A stretch of 64,000 nt of DNA from Candidatus Bathyarchaeota archaeon (lineage in GTDB: Archaea; Thermoproteota; Bathyarchaeia; Bathyarchaeales; Bathycorpusculaceae), in the NCBI GenBank assembly GCA_963826715.1, contig CAWGYA010000002.1, positions 224,001 to 288,000 on the forward strand, in the 5' to 3' direction. Positions 20,112 through 30,282 of this stretch are shown in pieces (positions within the stretch are counted from its first letter, which is position 1; every line of letters starts with the position of its first letter). A program made the position numbers and the translations under genes. A model generated the notes under the pieces. That model was not told the origin of the DNA. It saw only the letters and a list, made by a program, of their open reading frames with translations, and did not search any database.

Positions 20112-20966
20112 TCATTTAGAACGTTTGGTAAGTTCTATAAGGCGTAATATTTCCTTTCGCGCTTCGCCGATTGTTAATGGAAGTTCGTCATCAATTGGCA
20201 GGTTGTCATTTCTTTTCAGAACCTCAAATAGGTGAGCTATTCGAGGTGAACGCAAGTTTACCTTTCGTATTAGCTCAGTGTTTGAAAAGTTTGTTTTAGG
20301 GGTGCCTTCAGAAACTATTTTTCCTTTATCTAAGATGTAGAGTTTATTTGCGAACAAAGGAACCATATCAACGTCATGTGTAGCCAATAATAATGTAATT
20401 CCATTTTCTTTGTTGAGTCGAAGCAATAAATGTAGGATATCGCTGGTAGCGATTGGATCAAGGCTTGAGGTGGGCTCGTCCATTATGATAACTTCAGGCT
20501 GCATAGCAAGAACTCCTGCAAGCGCTACCCGCTTTTTTTGTCCTGCACTTAAGAAATGGGGCGGTTTATCCGCATATTCATTCATGCCCACAATTGTAAG
20601 TGCTTCATCCACCAACTGCTTAACATGCTCAGTAGTGTAGCCCAAGTTAAGGGGTCCAAACGCTACATCTTGTTTAACTGTGGGGGCGAAGAGTTGGTCG
20701 TTTGGGTCTTGGAAAACGAAACCGATGCGTTTTCGCAGTTCAAGCAACGATTTGGCGTCGTATTGTAGCGGTTTTTCGTCGAATAGGATTCTACCGTGGG
20801 TGGGTTTTAAGATACCGTTTAAATGGTTTAGCAGCGTGGTTTTGCCTGAGCCGTTAGTGCCAAGCAGTGCGATGCGTTCGGCTCGTTCGAAGCTGACTGA
20901 AACGTTATCTAAGGCTAATGTGCCGTCGGAGTATTCGTGGGTGAGATTCTCTATTTTAAACAACAT
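20112..20966 (-). CDS. cbiO: Cobalt/nickel ECF transporter ATPase
   Basis: GTNGSGKT, FQDPNDQLF, LSAGQKKR, DEPT and ATHD. Confidence 0.92.
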   Translation of the reverse strand: MLFKIENLTHEYSDGTLALDNVSVSFERAERIALLGTNGSGKTTLLNHLNGILKPTHGRILFDEKPLQYDAKSLLELRKRIGFVFQDPNDQLFAPTVKQDVAFGPLNLGYTTEHVKQLVDEALTIVGMNEYADKPPHFLSAGQKKRVALAGVLAMQPEVIIMDEPTSSLDPIATSDILHLLLRLNKENGITLLLATHDVDMVPLFANKLYILDKGKIVSEGTPKTNFSNTELIRKVNLRSPRIAHLFEVLKRNDNLPIDDELPLTIGEARKEILRLIELTKRSK

Positions 20967-20970
20967 TTTC

Positions 20971-22761
20971 TTAGAGGCTCCATATCTGGATGATGTTTAA
21001 TGCAACTAAAGCAAGCATAACGTCTAGCATGATTATGCCTGCGATGATTACCCAGCTTGGGCGGGGTTGGTCTTCGAGCACGCGTATGTTGCCATCGTAG
21101 CCGCGTGCATTCATAGCTATGAAGGTGCGTTCGCCCTGCTCCAAGGTTCGTATAAAGAGGTTTGCCGCTAGCAGGGAAGTTTGGCGGATGCGTTTTAGGT
21201 AGCCTGTTTGTCCCAGCCGCAGTTTCTGGGCGGTGGTCATTTTGGAGGCGACTTCCATGAACACGAATATGTAGCGGTAGATGAGGAGGCTGATTTCTAT
21301 AAGGACTTTGGGGACGTAAATTTTTCTTAAGCTCAAGAACAGGTCGTTCATTGTTGTAGTTAAGACCAGGAAGAACAATGCAGAGACGCCGCCCAGGACC
21401 CGGAAGAAGGTTGCTACAGCGATAGTTATACCGTTGTTGTAGATTGTCCATGTGAACCACGGAAAGTGAACCTTGACTAATGGAGTACCGTTGCCGAAGA
21501 AAAGGGCAATGAAGATACAACTCAAAGCGGCGAAAATGAGTGGATAGATGAGCAGATCGAAGTAGAAGCGCGTAGGAATCTGTGCCACCGCTAAGATGAG
21601 AATAATGGCGATTATGAATACAGTTATGGGCACAACTGGGGAGGGCGATAGGACGCTGAGTACGAGCAAGGAAACTGCGAAGAAGATCTTGGTGGCGGGG
21701 CTAGTTTTTGCGAGTTGGTTGGTGTAGGCGAAGCTATCGATTTGGGCTGAGAGGTTAGCGTGACTTTTGTTGTGGCTGTGATGATGCTTATGCCGATTTT
21801 GGGCGGGAGAGTGTATTTTGGCTTTTCGCCTTGTTTTCACCATGATATAGGCGATTATTGAGGCACCAATTAACGCCTGCACGACAAACAATACTTCAAT
21901 GTATTCTTCTGGCAGGGAAATAACAGGAGTGAACCAGGGTTTGTAGCCAGTGGCGCTGATAATGTTGGCTGCTGCGTCATCGGTTCCAGACATGTTAGTG
22001 GAGACAAAAATCAGCGGCAAAGCAAACAACACCAAAAGCACAGTGATTAGGATAGCGTAGTGATGTTTTTTGAGGTGGAACTCTTTTTCTGAGAGCCCCG
22101 TGATGGGGGAGCGAATTACTTTGAGTGAGGTAAGAATTTTGCCTTTGTATTTTGTGAGGAACTCAAAGACGAATATGGCCAAGATGCCTTCGCCGATTGC
22201 CAGCGGGATTTGTGTGACTGCGAATATGCCTACGAAAGTTAGGAAGGATTCGGCGAAACCTGTTCCGGGGAAAGCAAGTGCCAGCTGGAAGGAGGTTGTG
22301 ACGTAGGTGAAAAGGTCGCTTAGGGCGACTGCAAGAAATACTGCGGCTTGGGTTGGTGCACGGATTTTTTTGCAGATTACCCAGATTATCCATGCGACTA
22401 CTGGTCCCATTATTCCCATGGAGAAGACGTTAGCGCCCAGTGTGGTTATGCCACCATGCGCCAGTAGGGTAGCTTGGAAGATCAATGCGATCATGGAAAG
22501 CACGGATGCTATTGCGGGTCCAAAGACGACAGAGGCTAAGCCGGAGCCGGTAGGGTGGCTGCTGCTGCCGAAAACTGAAGGCAGTTTGAGGGCGGAGACG
22601 ACAAATATGAATGCTCCCATTAATGCTAGTAGCGGCTTGGCTTCAGGGTTGTTTTTAGCGATTTTGGTTAGTCTGTAGATTCCATAGAAAACTATGGGGA
22701 TCATTATTGCCCACCAGAATTCCCACCAGGGGTGGGGCAGGAAGCCTTCCATTATGTGCGT
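20971..22761 (-). CDS. cbiM: Fused cobalt ECF transporter CbiM-CbiN-CbiQ; proposed ACG start at 22761 (first ATG at 22752)
   Basis: CbiM motifs (H-I-MEGFLP, GSSSHPTG, AHGGITTLGAN, TQIPLAIGEG), CbiN motifs (GTDD.A, YKPWF.P, E..LF..QA..G), a His-rich linker, and CbiQ motifs (YRYIFV, AQKLRLG, AMNARGY). Confidence 0.9.
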   Translation of the reverse strand, partial: THIMEGFLPHPWWEFWWAIMIPIVFYGIYRLTKIAKNNPEAKPLLALMGAFIFVVSALKLPSVFGSSSHPTGSGLASVVFGPAIASVLSMIALIFQATLLAHGGITTLGANVFSMGIMGPVVAWIIWVICKKIRAPTQAAVFLAVALSDLFTYVTTSFQLALAFPGTGFAESFLTFVGIFAVTQIPLAIGEGILAIFVFEFLTKYKGKILTSLKVIRSPITGLSEKEFHLKKHHYAILITVLLVLFALPLIFVSTNMSGTDDAAANIISATGYKPWFTPVISLPEEYIEVLFVVQALIGASIIAYIMVKTRRKAKIHSPAQNRHKHHHSHNKSHANLSAQIDSFAYTNQLAKTSPATKIFFAVSLLVLSVLSPSPVVPITVFIIAIILILAVAQIPTRFYFDLLIYPLIFAALSCIFIALFFGNGTPLVKVHFPWFTWTIYNNGITIAVATFFRVLGGVSALFFLVLTTTMNDLFLSLRKIYVPKVLIEISLLIYRYIFVFMEVASKMTTAQKLRLGQTGYLKRIRQTSLLAANLFIRTLEQGERTFIAMNARGYDGNIRVLEDQPRPSWVIIAGIIMLDVMLALVALNIIQIWSL

Positions 22762-22814
22762 GGTTTCGTCCTCTCTGTCAGGGTTTTACAATCAGAAACC
22801 ATATAAAACTATGT

Positions 22815-22828
22815 TTAACTAAAGTTAA
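22815..22828. promoter_or_regulatory. Palindrome TTAACT-AA-AGTTAA, candidate operator
   Basis: Perfect 6-bp arms in the short divergent gap between cbiMNQO and the HTH regulator. Confidence 0.4.
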
Positions 22829-22845
22829 TGTCAGGTTGAATAACT

Positions 22846-23679
22846 ATGGTGAAGCAACAACCAAATCTACTTCTAAAAGACAAAGGCGAATTTAGAAAAT
22901 TCCAAATCTTACTCGAAATCATGCGACACCAACCCCATATAAAACAAAAAGACATCAGCGACAAATTATGCATAACAATACAAGCCATATCCAAATACTT
23001 CAAAAAACTCCAAAAAGAAGGCTACCTCAAAACTGGAAGCGAACGTGCCGACTACCGCCTCACTCCCAAAGCCGTAACCAAACTCCGAGAAGACATGCAC
23101 AACCTAGAAGCCTACGTGAACGAAGTCAAGCATGATCTAAAAATTGAACATGCTTGGCCAGCCATCGCCACTCGAACTGTCAAAGCCGGCGAAGAAGTTG
23201 GATTAATGATGAAAGAAGGCGTAATATACACAGTCCCAACCGACAGCCCGCTCACACAAACAAGAGGCACAGCCCTTGCCGACGCTAAACCCGGCGAAGA
23301 CTTGGCACTAAGGGACCTCACTGGAAAAATACATGTTAAACAGGGAAAAATCTTAATCGTAAAATTACCCAGCATAAGAGAAGGCGGCTCACGCGTTGTT
23401 GACTTTGATAAAATGAAGACGATCTTTCACGAATTTAAACCTGACCGGGTCGGTGTAATGGGCGCTGTTGGGCGGGCTGTCGCGAACAGACTGGAGCTAA
23501 AGCCGGATATTGAATTCGGAATCAGCAGTTCAGCAGCCATTGCCGCCTCAAGAGGGCTAAATGTGTTTGTATTTGTTGTTGGCAGAATGGTTAACCGCAT
23601 GATTGAAGAAGTGGATTCCATTAATATGAAGAGTTCCGCACAAGTTATTTATGAGGTTAAAGATGGACGAAAAAACTAA
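22846..23679 (+). CDS. Winged-HTH transcriptional regulator (COG1497-like)
   Basis: N-terminal KQKDISDKLCITIQAISKYFKKL..EGY wHTH; C-terminal domain with AASRGL. Confidence 0.8.
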   Translation: MVKQQPNLLLKDKGEFRKFQILLEIMRHQPHIKQKDISDKLCITIQAISKYFKKLQKEGYLKTGSERADYRLTPKAVTKLREDMHNLEAYVNEVKHDLKIEHAWPAIATRTVKAGEEVGLMMKEGVIYTVPTDSPLTQTRGTALADAKPGEDLALRDLTGKIHVKQGKILIVKLPSIREGGSRVVDFDKMKTIFHEFKPDRVGVMGAVGRAVANRLELKPDIEFGISSSAAIAASRGLNVFVFVVGRMVNRMIEEVDSINMKSSAQVIYEVKDGRKN

Positions 23680-23769
23680 GCGTAGAGCAAGAGTTCTTTT
23701 GTTATTCTCTAAAATTTTTGATAGTTTCTCTGCGTTATTTCCGTTTTCGTGAGCGTTAACAATTTTGAG

Positions 23770-24648
23770 TTAGAAGTGTTTCATGATGAAATCCCTAATG
23801 TTTCTGTGACTAGTCATGAGTTCAACTAATTTTTTTGTGACTTGTGTTATTTGTGTGTCGAATAATCTTGTCACAGCCAAAGAAAATACAAAAACAAATG
23901 TCCCAATTATTATGCTTCCAACAACATTTATTGAACCAAGATACCAAACAATAAGATAAGTAACAGAAGCACTTATGAGCCCCATAAGAAAAGACCGTAT
24001 AATAAAATAAAGACGCTGCAACCAAGTTGAAAACAACAAAACCTTAATCACCGCTCGTTTCTCTAACTCATTTTTAGATCCGGATTTATCACTACCTATC
24101 TTTTGGAGCACCCCTTTTGCGTAGTTGGCATCTGACAAGCGTAACATCATTTTTGCATAGTGCGCGTCAGATAAATCTGTGGAACTTGCCGATTCAAGCT
24201 CTAACAAAATCCTCTGAGATATTTCATCTATTTCAACATCCACTCTCTCAATTTTTTCGTCTTTAGTTACCAAAGAAACTTTATCAGGTGTATTCTCTGG
24301 TTTTGCAGTAGCTGGGGGTTCGGAAGATTTAAATTGTTTTTTTATAAATAAGAAGAGACCAAAAATAGTTAGTGCCCCAACAACCCCTGAAGAGATACCA
24401 GTGATATACCAAGCTTTCCAGGCTGGCATTAATGTCATAAGGTATTCTAATGAACCTATCAGGGTGAAGAGTGCAGCAGACCCAAAGAATGAAATAACCA
24501 AAGCCAATAAAATGCCAATAATTATACTTGTTATCAAAAGTTTTTTGATACGTTCCTTTAAAGCAGCTTCAGTTTCATGAACAAAATCTTTGAGAACAGT
24601 TTTTATTTCATTGAATAACATTTCGATAATTTCTCTTAAGGAAGTCAA
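23770..24648 (-). CDS. Membrane protein with two TM-pair modules
   Basis: Two hydrophobic hairpins separated by a soluble linker. Confidence 0.65.
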   Translation of the reverse strand: MTSLREIIEMLFNEIKTVLKDFVHETEAALKERIKKLLITSIIIGILLALVISFFGSAALFTLIGSLEYLMTLMPAWKAWYITGISSGVVGALTIFGLFLFIKKQFKSSEPPATAKPENTPDKVSLVTKDEKIERVDVEIDEISQRILLELESASSTDLSDAHYAKMMLRLSDANYAKGVLQKIGSDKSGSKNELEKRAVIKVLLFSTWLQRLYFIIRSFLMGLISASVTYLIVWYLGSINVVGSIIIGTFVFVFSLAVTRLFDTQITQVTKKLVELMTSHRNIRDFIMKHF

Positions 24649-24802
24649 CTAATTCTTACACCTACCACTCTTTCAAATGACAAAGCTGTTTGTTACGAAA
24701 CTTAACGATATATAACCACTTATTTCAGCATCAAAATACATACGACGACAAAGCACCCATAGAAAAAAGGATATTTCGTTTTTACAATAGCAAATATGAG
24801 AC

Positions 24803-25000
24803 TTACTTCTTTTCTCTAACAGCGACCTTGGCTTTCAATTCGATAATGTATTCTTTTTCGTTTTTTCCAACGCCAAAGTTCCATTCTAGCACTTCAAAAT
24901 CTATATCTTTAAAGTGGTTACCCCAAGATTTCTGGAATTCACTCCATTTCTCACCCATTTTCTCTATCTGTTCTTTAACGTCTATTTTTTGTTCCGACAT
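24803..25000 (-). CDS. Small hypothetical protein
   Basis: 65 aa, preceded by a strong AGGAGGTG Shine-Dalgarno sequence. Confidence 0.7.
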   Translation of the reverse strand: MSEQKIDVKEQIEKMGEKWSEFQKSWGNHFKDIDFEVLEWNFGVGKNEKEYIIELKAKVAVREKK

Positions 25001-25090
25001 AATTTGTTACACCTCCTAAAATACTCTAAAAATTTTGGTAAATTGATTTTTTCCATCGGTTTTGCAAAATTCCATAAAAACCATCGGTTC

Positions 25091-25426
25091 TTAGGAGAAT
25101 ATAAAACCAATGATGAAGCCGACAATGAGTCCTATGCCCAACGGAAGCATGCCCATTAGAAGGGTGCCATATTGTATTGCTATTGGTCCATATGTGTCTG
25201 CAATGTTACTCAATGCACCAAGGCTTAAACCGAAAAACCCGAAATAGGCAACTATCACAAGAATTATGCCAGCAATAATTGCTATTTTCAACATTTTATG
25301 GGCAATATACCCCACGATAAGTCCGATAACAAATGGAATAATCATTAAAACGATCGGTGGTAGTCCACCTATGGTTCCAGCAGTAATGAAATTGAATACT
25401 TCTTCTATTGCACCCAAAATAAACAC
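25091..25426 (-). CDS. FUN14-like small membrane protein
   Basis: G..VGY..K..K hydrophobic N-terminal part and C-terminal LP.G.G..GF..GF. Confidence 0.55.
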   Translation of the reverse strand: MFILGAIEEVFNFITAGTIGGLPPIVLMIIPFVIGLIVGYIAHKMLKIAIIAGIILVIVAYFGFFGLSLGALSNIADTYGPIAIQYGTLLMGMLPLGIGLIVGFIIGFIFS

Positions 25427-25785
25427 ACTCTAAATAGGCAATATTCATGAAATCAACTATATTATGTATATGTGGTTGTGGTCACACAGTCACATAGCCT
25501 CATGCACGATTGTGAACATGGATTTACAGTCATAAGGTTATTCACTAAACACTTTATTAGGCAATTGTTTTTTCCGGTTCTATGGTTGGTTGGATTTTAA
25601 TATAACCAATCAACACCCTTACATCATTCTGCCTTTGTAAAAACAGATCCGGTTGGTAGCCAAACAATATTTAGGGTTCTTTGTTACTATCTTTATTTTT
25701 TGGAGCAAAGATCGTTAGTTATTTAAGAAATCTTGACGATAAGGCTTTTAAACCTACGAATGGCAGAAGGACATAGGGAATAAAA

Positions 25786-26283
25786 TTGAGTAGGAACAAG
25801 ATCATAGGTTTAATCGCCATAATAATTGTAGTAGCTATCGGCTTGCCGACTGTTTATTTTGTCGGATCTTCAATGACTTCAACTCAGCCGCCAACGAAAG
25901 AAATGGATTTTGTTGTCTCCGAAAAAAGTGATTGCCTACGATTTCTCAACAGCTCAGTTCCGACATTTTACGTGCCCTTTACAGTGGCTGCAAATGAGAA
26001 CTGGCAGCTAACGGTTAATTGCACCAAGATGTCTGGCGGCGCTAATGGCTGGACTGACGTTTACCTATACAGGGACTACTGGGATGGGGGAAGTAACAAC
26101 ACATGCAAAGCCGGAGATCTGTACCCAATTATAAGTGATATACAAAGCGTTGATTTCGAGATAAAAGCCAACCACCCCTACGCAGAAACTTTTGGTGCAT
26201 CGGCGAAGCAGAGCTATACTGTGTTCTTTGTAGTTCCTCCAGGCGGACCTTCTGAATTTCACGTGACTCTAAAACAATTGTAA
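25786..26283 (+). CDS. Membrane-anchored or secreted beta-rich protein
   Basis: N-terminal K+hydrophobic helix followed by a beta-strand-rich domain. Confidence 0.65.
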   Translation: MSRNKIIGLIAIIIVVAIGLPTVYFVGSSMTSTQPPTKEMDFVVSEKSDCLRFLNSSVPTFYVPFTVAANENWQLTVNCTKMSGGANGWTDVYLYRDYWDGGSNNTCKAGDLYPIISDIQSVDFEIKANHPYAETFGASAKQSYTVFFVVPPGGPSEFHVTLKQL

Positions 26284-26330
26284 GGGGAACTCTTTTTCTG
26301 AATTTTTCTTTTTTTGCGTTAACAATTTCT

Positions 26331-26921
26331 GTGCTGCTTTTGGCTTCCTCTGTTGGATTAGGTCAAGCAGTCCAGGTACATTCTGATTCGTTTCCACTAG
26401 TTGAGGCTGCTTCAGTTACAAGAGCAGTCTTTGCGAATGAAGGCGACAGGATTGTAGGTAATTTCACAGTCTCCAATATACCTACTTGGAGTGACTCCTC
26501 CACCAAAAGCGCAGAAACAGTACAGTATGCATTTAAAATTTCCAAGATTGAAGGTTTAGAAAAATGTCCAACTGACATCGTGCTCTATGAGGTCTACCAA
26601 ACAAATCATTCATCATTTGACGTTTACTGCGAATACACTGGCGACTATCGTTTTAGATTCAACGTTGGAAGTGGCGCTCCCGATTTAGGAGTGGGAAGCA
26701 TGGAAGCAATCCTCAATTATGTCATTATCGAAAAATCATCTCTCCCGACCCCAACCGAAAAACCAACTCCATTTAGCAGTCAAACGAACGCAGAAGCTCC
26801 TTATTCTGAAACCGCGTTTACTTCACCAATATTGGCTGGAGTTGGCACTTTGATTGTTATTTTCCTATTGGGGAGTGTTTACGCGGTGACAAGGGTAAAG
26901 AGTTTTTCTAAACATCACTAA
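26331..26921 (+). CDS. Cell-surface protein with signal peptide, P/T linker and C-terminal TM
   Basis: PTPTEKPTP linker and a C-terminal hydrophobic helix with a basic tail. The start is uncertain. Confidence 0.6.
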   Translation: MLLLASSVGLGQAVQVHSDSFPLVEAASVTRAVFANEGDRIVGNFTVSNIPTWSDSSTKSAETVQYAFKISKIEGLEKCPTDIVLYEVYQTNHSSFDVYCEYTGDYRFRFNVGSGAPDLGVGSMEAILNYVIIEKSSLPTPTEKPTPFSSQTNAEAPYSETAFTSPILAGVGTLIVIFLLGSVYAVTRVKSFSKHH

Positions 26922-27354
26922 TTAGATTTTAGCCTTTGTTTTTTTGTGGTAAACCAAAAAAAAGAAACCATACACTGTTCAATCAAATTCCTTTCATGCA
27001 AAGCAGCATTCACGCGTCAGGAGGAGGGAATTAAGTTTTAATTCGACATACCCAACTCCCCTTTTAATCTTGATTCAATTCTAAACTAAAATCAGAATGA
27101 AAACTTGAAACCTTTAGTTTACCAGTTTATCTTCCAGGCAACAGCAACTTCAGTTATTTCATAATAACTAATTTTTAATTTTAGTACTTATACAAATGAA
27201 TCTTTGAAAGAGAAGGATAAATTGGGTTTTTGTCACCTCTATTTTTCTGCGTCAATAACAGTCAGGTTTTTGGGAGTGTCGAATTAAAAGGATAATGTTT
27301 TTCAAAATATTACGGAGCTTTTACGATAAAGATAAGTGCTAAGACCGTCTATTT

Positions 27355-29766
27355 GTGATACAAGCTAATCTGAGGATGTTATCCTTGAAGCGCTATTCCC
27401 CCTATTCAAGAGTTACAAGAAATATTACTGCAATTTTGTTTATTGTTTTGATTATATTCGTTTTTATTTCATCTTCAACAGCTGCTTCTAACCCACCTCA
27501 AATCGAATGGAGAAAAACCTACAAAGGGGTGCAAGTTAATTCTGTTATCCAGACTTCAGATGGAGGTTACGCTATCGCAGGTACCCCTTGGTCACCTGAC
27601 GGAGTCACAATGATAAAGATGGATTCGTCTGGAAATGAGCAATGGGGGAAGGCACTTGGAGATGCTGTATCTTTGGTTCAAACCGGCGATTCTGGTTACG
27701 TCTTATTCTGCAAAAACGGTGATGTAGTAAAAACCGATGCAGAAGGAAATATCCTTTCAGATTTTTCCCTTGGATCAAATGGAGGAACCAAACAAGGAAT
27801 CATAGCTGATGATGAAACCTACATTGTCGTCGGTAACAGCATCAGGGAAGGTCAAGAGAATTATGTCTGGCTGCGCAAAGTTGATGCTCAAGGCAACATG
27901 CTTTGGGATTTGAACTTCACTGGTGGTTTTCAGGTTTCTGCGGTTGTAAACACTGTCGACCGCGGCTGCGCAGTGGCAGGTAACTGGAAAAATAATTTTT
28001 GGCTAGCCCGTCTTGATTCAAACGGCAATCAGCAGTGGAGCCAAAACTACGTCTATGGTGATCCTTTAGATCCGCATTTTGTTTACTCCTTAGCTAAGAC
28101 TAAGGATGGCGGATTTATCCTTGCAGGGACAGGAATGTGGCAATCAAGTCATGGCATGATTCCTTGGCTGATTAAAATTAATGCCCAAGGGTATGAACAA
28201 TGGAACCTGCCCTATGGTCAATATCCTGGTGATAGTTTTGGCGCGATTGTGCAAACTGCTAACGAGGGCTACTTAATTACTAAGCCAGGAACTGGAGCTA
28301 TTATGGGGGCAGATTCCTCTGGAAGTGAACTCTGGCAAGAACAACTAGGGACTTCAGCAATAATATCTCCATCTGGTTACCCCGAATCATCCTTAATCTC
28401 CACAAAGGATGGCGGATATGTAATTGCTGGAGCAACTTCGGGAAGCTCCTTCATGATCAAATTTTCTCCAGAAGAAGACATTAAGACAACAACCGTTAAA
28501 ATCACCAGTCCACAAAACAAAACATATGAAGTAAGTGATGTCCCATTGACGTTTACTGTGAATGATCAAACTTCCTTTCTTAGCTACAACCTCGATGACC
28601 TGCAACCTTTGATGATCACCGGAAATACAACTCTAACTCGATTAACTGTCGGAACTCACAACCTCACAGTTTACTCCCGGGATTCAACAGGGATGGTCAA
28701 AACTTCAGAAACAATTCTTTTCACGGTAGGAACTCGTTTCCCAAGTGAAATAGTAATAATCGGTGCCACTATCGCAGTAGGTACTATCGTCAGTTTTCTG
28801 ATTTATATAAAAAGGCGAAGTTTCTCTGATTACAGGAAAAATAATTTAAAGAGTTTCATTAAGAAACAAAATTTTGGTGCAATAACACAAAACAGGATTG
28901 TATGGACCTTAATGATAATAGGGTTGTGCTTCCTCTTGGTTTTTGTTCAGTTTTTCTTTCCCTACGTCTTCTATTCAACTTCCTCGAGAAACTCAAACTC
29001 ATCCTTTGAAGTGGGTGTTAGTTATGTCTATGAGCGAGACAATGTGGAGCAAATCTACAATGAAGTCTCACGCATCAAAGACTTAGGCTTTAAAGTGATT
29101 CGCGTTAATCTCATCTGTGATTCAAATATTGCTAATTCTTATTTGAACACTCTCTCGGATGTATTCTTCAGCGCTATTAGACAACTGGGTATAAAAGTTG
29201 CCCTGATAATCAACGAGCATAGCAGTGCCAGTGACGTAAATTACTATCTTGATAGGTGGGGTAAAGAATTAGCTTATATTCAAATCCTCAATGAACCCGA
29301 TGTTGCATCGTCATGGGAAATTGGCGCCTTATTCACAGATGATGAAGCAGGTTCAAAGTTCGAGGAATTTTACAACATAGTTGAGATGCATCAGCTTCCT
29401 GCGCAGTGCTACACTAATTTTTCCCCAGCCTTCATTGTTCGAAGTAATCTTCCAATCCAATTTAGTGAAAAGTTAGACTTCGTGGGTTTTGATGTTTTCA
29501 TGGATTCATTCCTGACTCTTTCACCTAACATGATACAGTTTCTTCAAAAAATAACGAATAAAGATGTGGTTATTGCTGAGTTTGGTATGTCAACAAACAA
29601 CGAGATGGCTCAGAGCGATTATATAATTAAAGGGCTAAATCTTTTCAAGAACATGGAACTTAAAGGCTGCTGGTTAGTTTACTGGAATAGCGCCGACAAT
29701 GATTATGGAATACGCGGTAGATTAGCGGAACAGAGGATAGGTGAATGGATTGCTCAAAATGCTTAA
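27355..29766 (+). CDS. Surface protein: beta-propeller, Ig-like domain, two TM helices and a clan GH-A-like domain
   Basis: Repeated (T)xDGG(Y/F)xxAG blades, an ITSPQNKTY..GTHNLTVY Ig-like domain, and C-terminal ILNEP and IAEFG. Confidence 0.7.
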   Translation: MIQANLRMLSLKRYSPYSRVTRNITAILFIVLIIFVFISSSTAASNPPQIEWRKTYKGVQVNSVIQTSDGGYAIAGTPWSPDGVTMIKMDSSGNEQWGKALGDAVSLVQTGDSGYVLFCKNGDVVKTDAEGNILSDFSLGSNGGTKQGIIADDETYIVVGNSIREGQENYVWLRKVDAQGNMLWDLNFTGGFQVSAVVNTVDRGCAVAGNWKNNFWLARLDSNGNQQWSQNYVYGDPLDPHFVYSLAKTKDGGFILAGTGMWQSSHGMIPWLIKINAQGYEQWNLPYGQYPGDSFGAIVQTANEGYLITKPGTGAIMGADSSGSELWQEQLGTSAIISPSGYPESSLISTKDGGYVIAGATSGSSFMIKFSPEEDIKTTTVKITSPQNKTYEVSDVPLTFTVNDQTSFLSYNLDDLQPLMITGNTTLTRLTVGTHNLTVYSRDSTGMVKTSETILFTVGTRFPSEIVIIGATIAVGTIVSFLIYIKRRSFSDYRKNNLKSFIKKQNFGAITQNRIVWTLMIIGLCFLLVFVQFFFPYVFYSTSSRNSNSSFEVGVSYVYERDNVEQIYNEVSRIKDLGFKVIRVNLICDSNIANSYLNTLSDVFFSAIRQLGIKVALIINEHSSASDVNYYLDRWGKELAYIQILNEPDVASSWEIGALFTDDEAGSKFEEFYNIVEMHQLPAQCYTNFSPAFIVRSNLPIQFSEKLDFVGFDVFMDSFLTLSPNMIQFLQKITNKDVVIAEFGMSTNNEMAQSDYIIKGLNLFKNMELKGCWLVYWNSADNDYGIRGRLAEQRIGEWIAQNA

Positions 29767-30193
29767 ACTTTCTAAACAAATCTTCATCCATGGCTTATTA
29801 ATAATAATTTCTTTAGTTATCATTCAACTGTTGCTGGATGCTTACCAAAACCTGTTTCTGCTTTATATGCCGCCCATAGGGTTTGCTTTATTTCTAGTAA
29901 CAATGTTTGCAATCCAACCCATAATTCTTGGAGTATTGAATATAGTCGTTCTTCACCGCTTATACAAGTGTGAAGGATGGCAGATGGGCTTCTGGCTGAA
30001 CGGGTTCTTCCTATTAATAGTCTTCTCCACAATAAATCTCCTGATACAAACTATAGCAGGCGTGTCGTTTTCAATAGCTGTTGGGATGATTGAAGTCCTT
30101 TTACTTGCCTATCCCTTTGGTTACATAGGAAAATTCAGCAACCGTGGCTGCGAGAACAGAAACCCACAACAAACACCACCAAATATTACATAA
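29741..30193 (+). CDS. Membrane protein with about 4 TM helices
   Basis: Hydrophobic helices; overlaps the end of the preceding gene. Confidence 0.65.
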   Translation: MNGLLKMLKLSKQIFIHGLLIIISLVIIQLLLDAYQNLFLLYMPPIGFALFLVTMFAIQPIILGVLNIVVLHRLYKCEGWQMGFWLNGFFLLIVFSTINLLIQTIAGVSFSIAVGMIEVLLLAYPFGYIGKFSNRGCENRNPQQTPPNIT

Positions 30194-30282
30194 CTTGTTT
30201 CCAAAACCTCGGAGCGAAAACGAATTACACATCTTTTATATTTTTAGTACTGACTAAGATTAGGATAAGTGATAAAAAATCT

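Noticed and set aside
23770-25426. Three co-oriented small or membrane genes as a possible system
   Set aside because: The gaps are wide and there is no motif evidence of a shared function.
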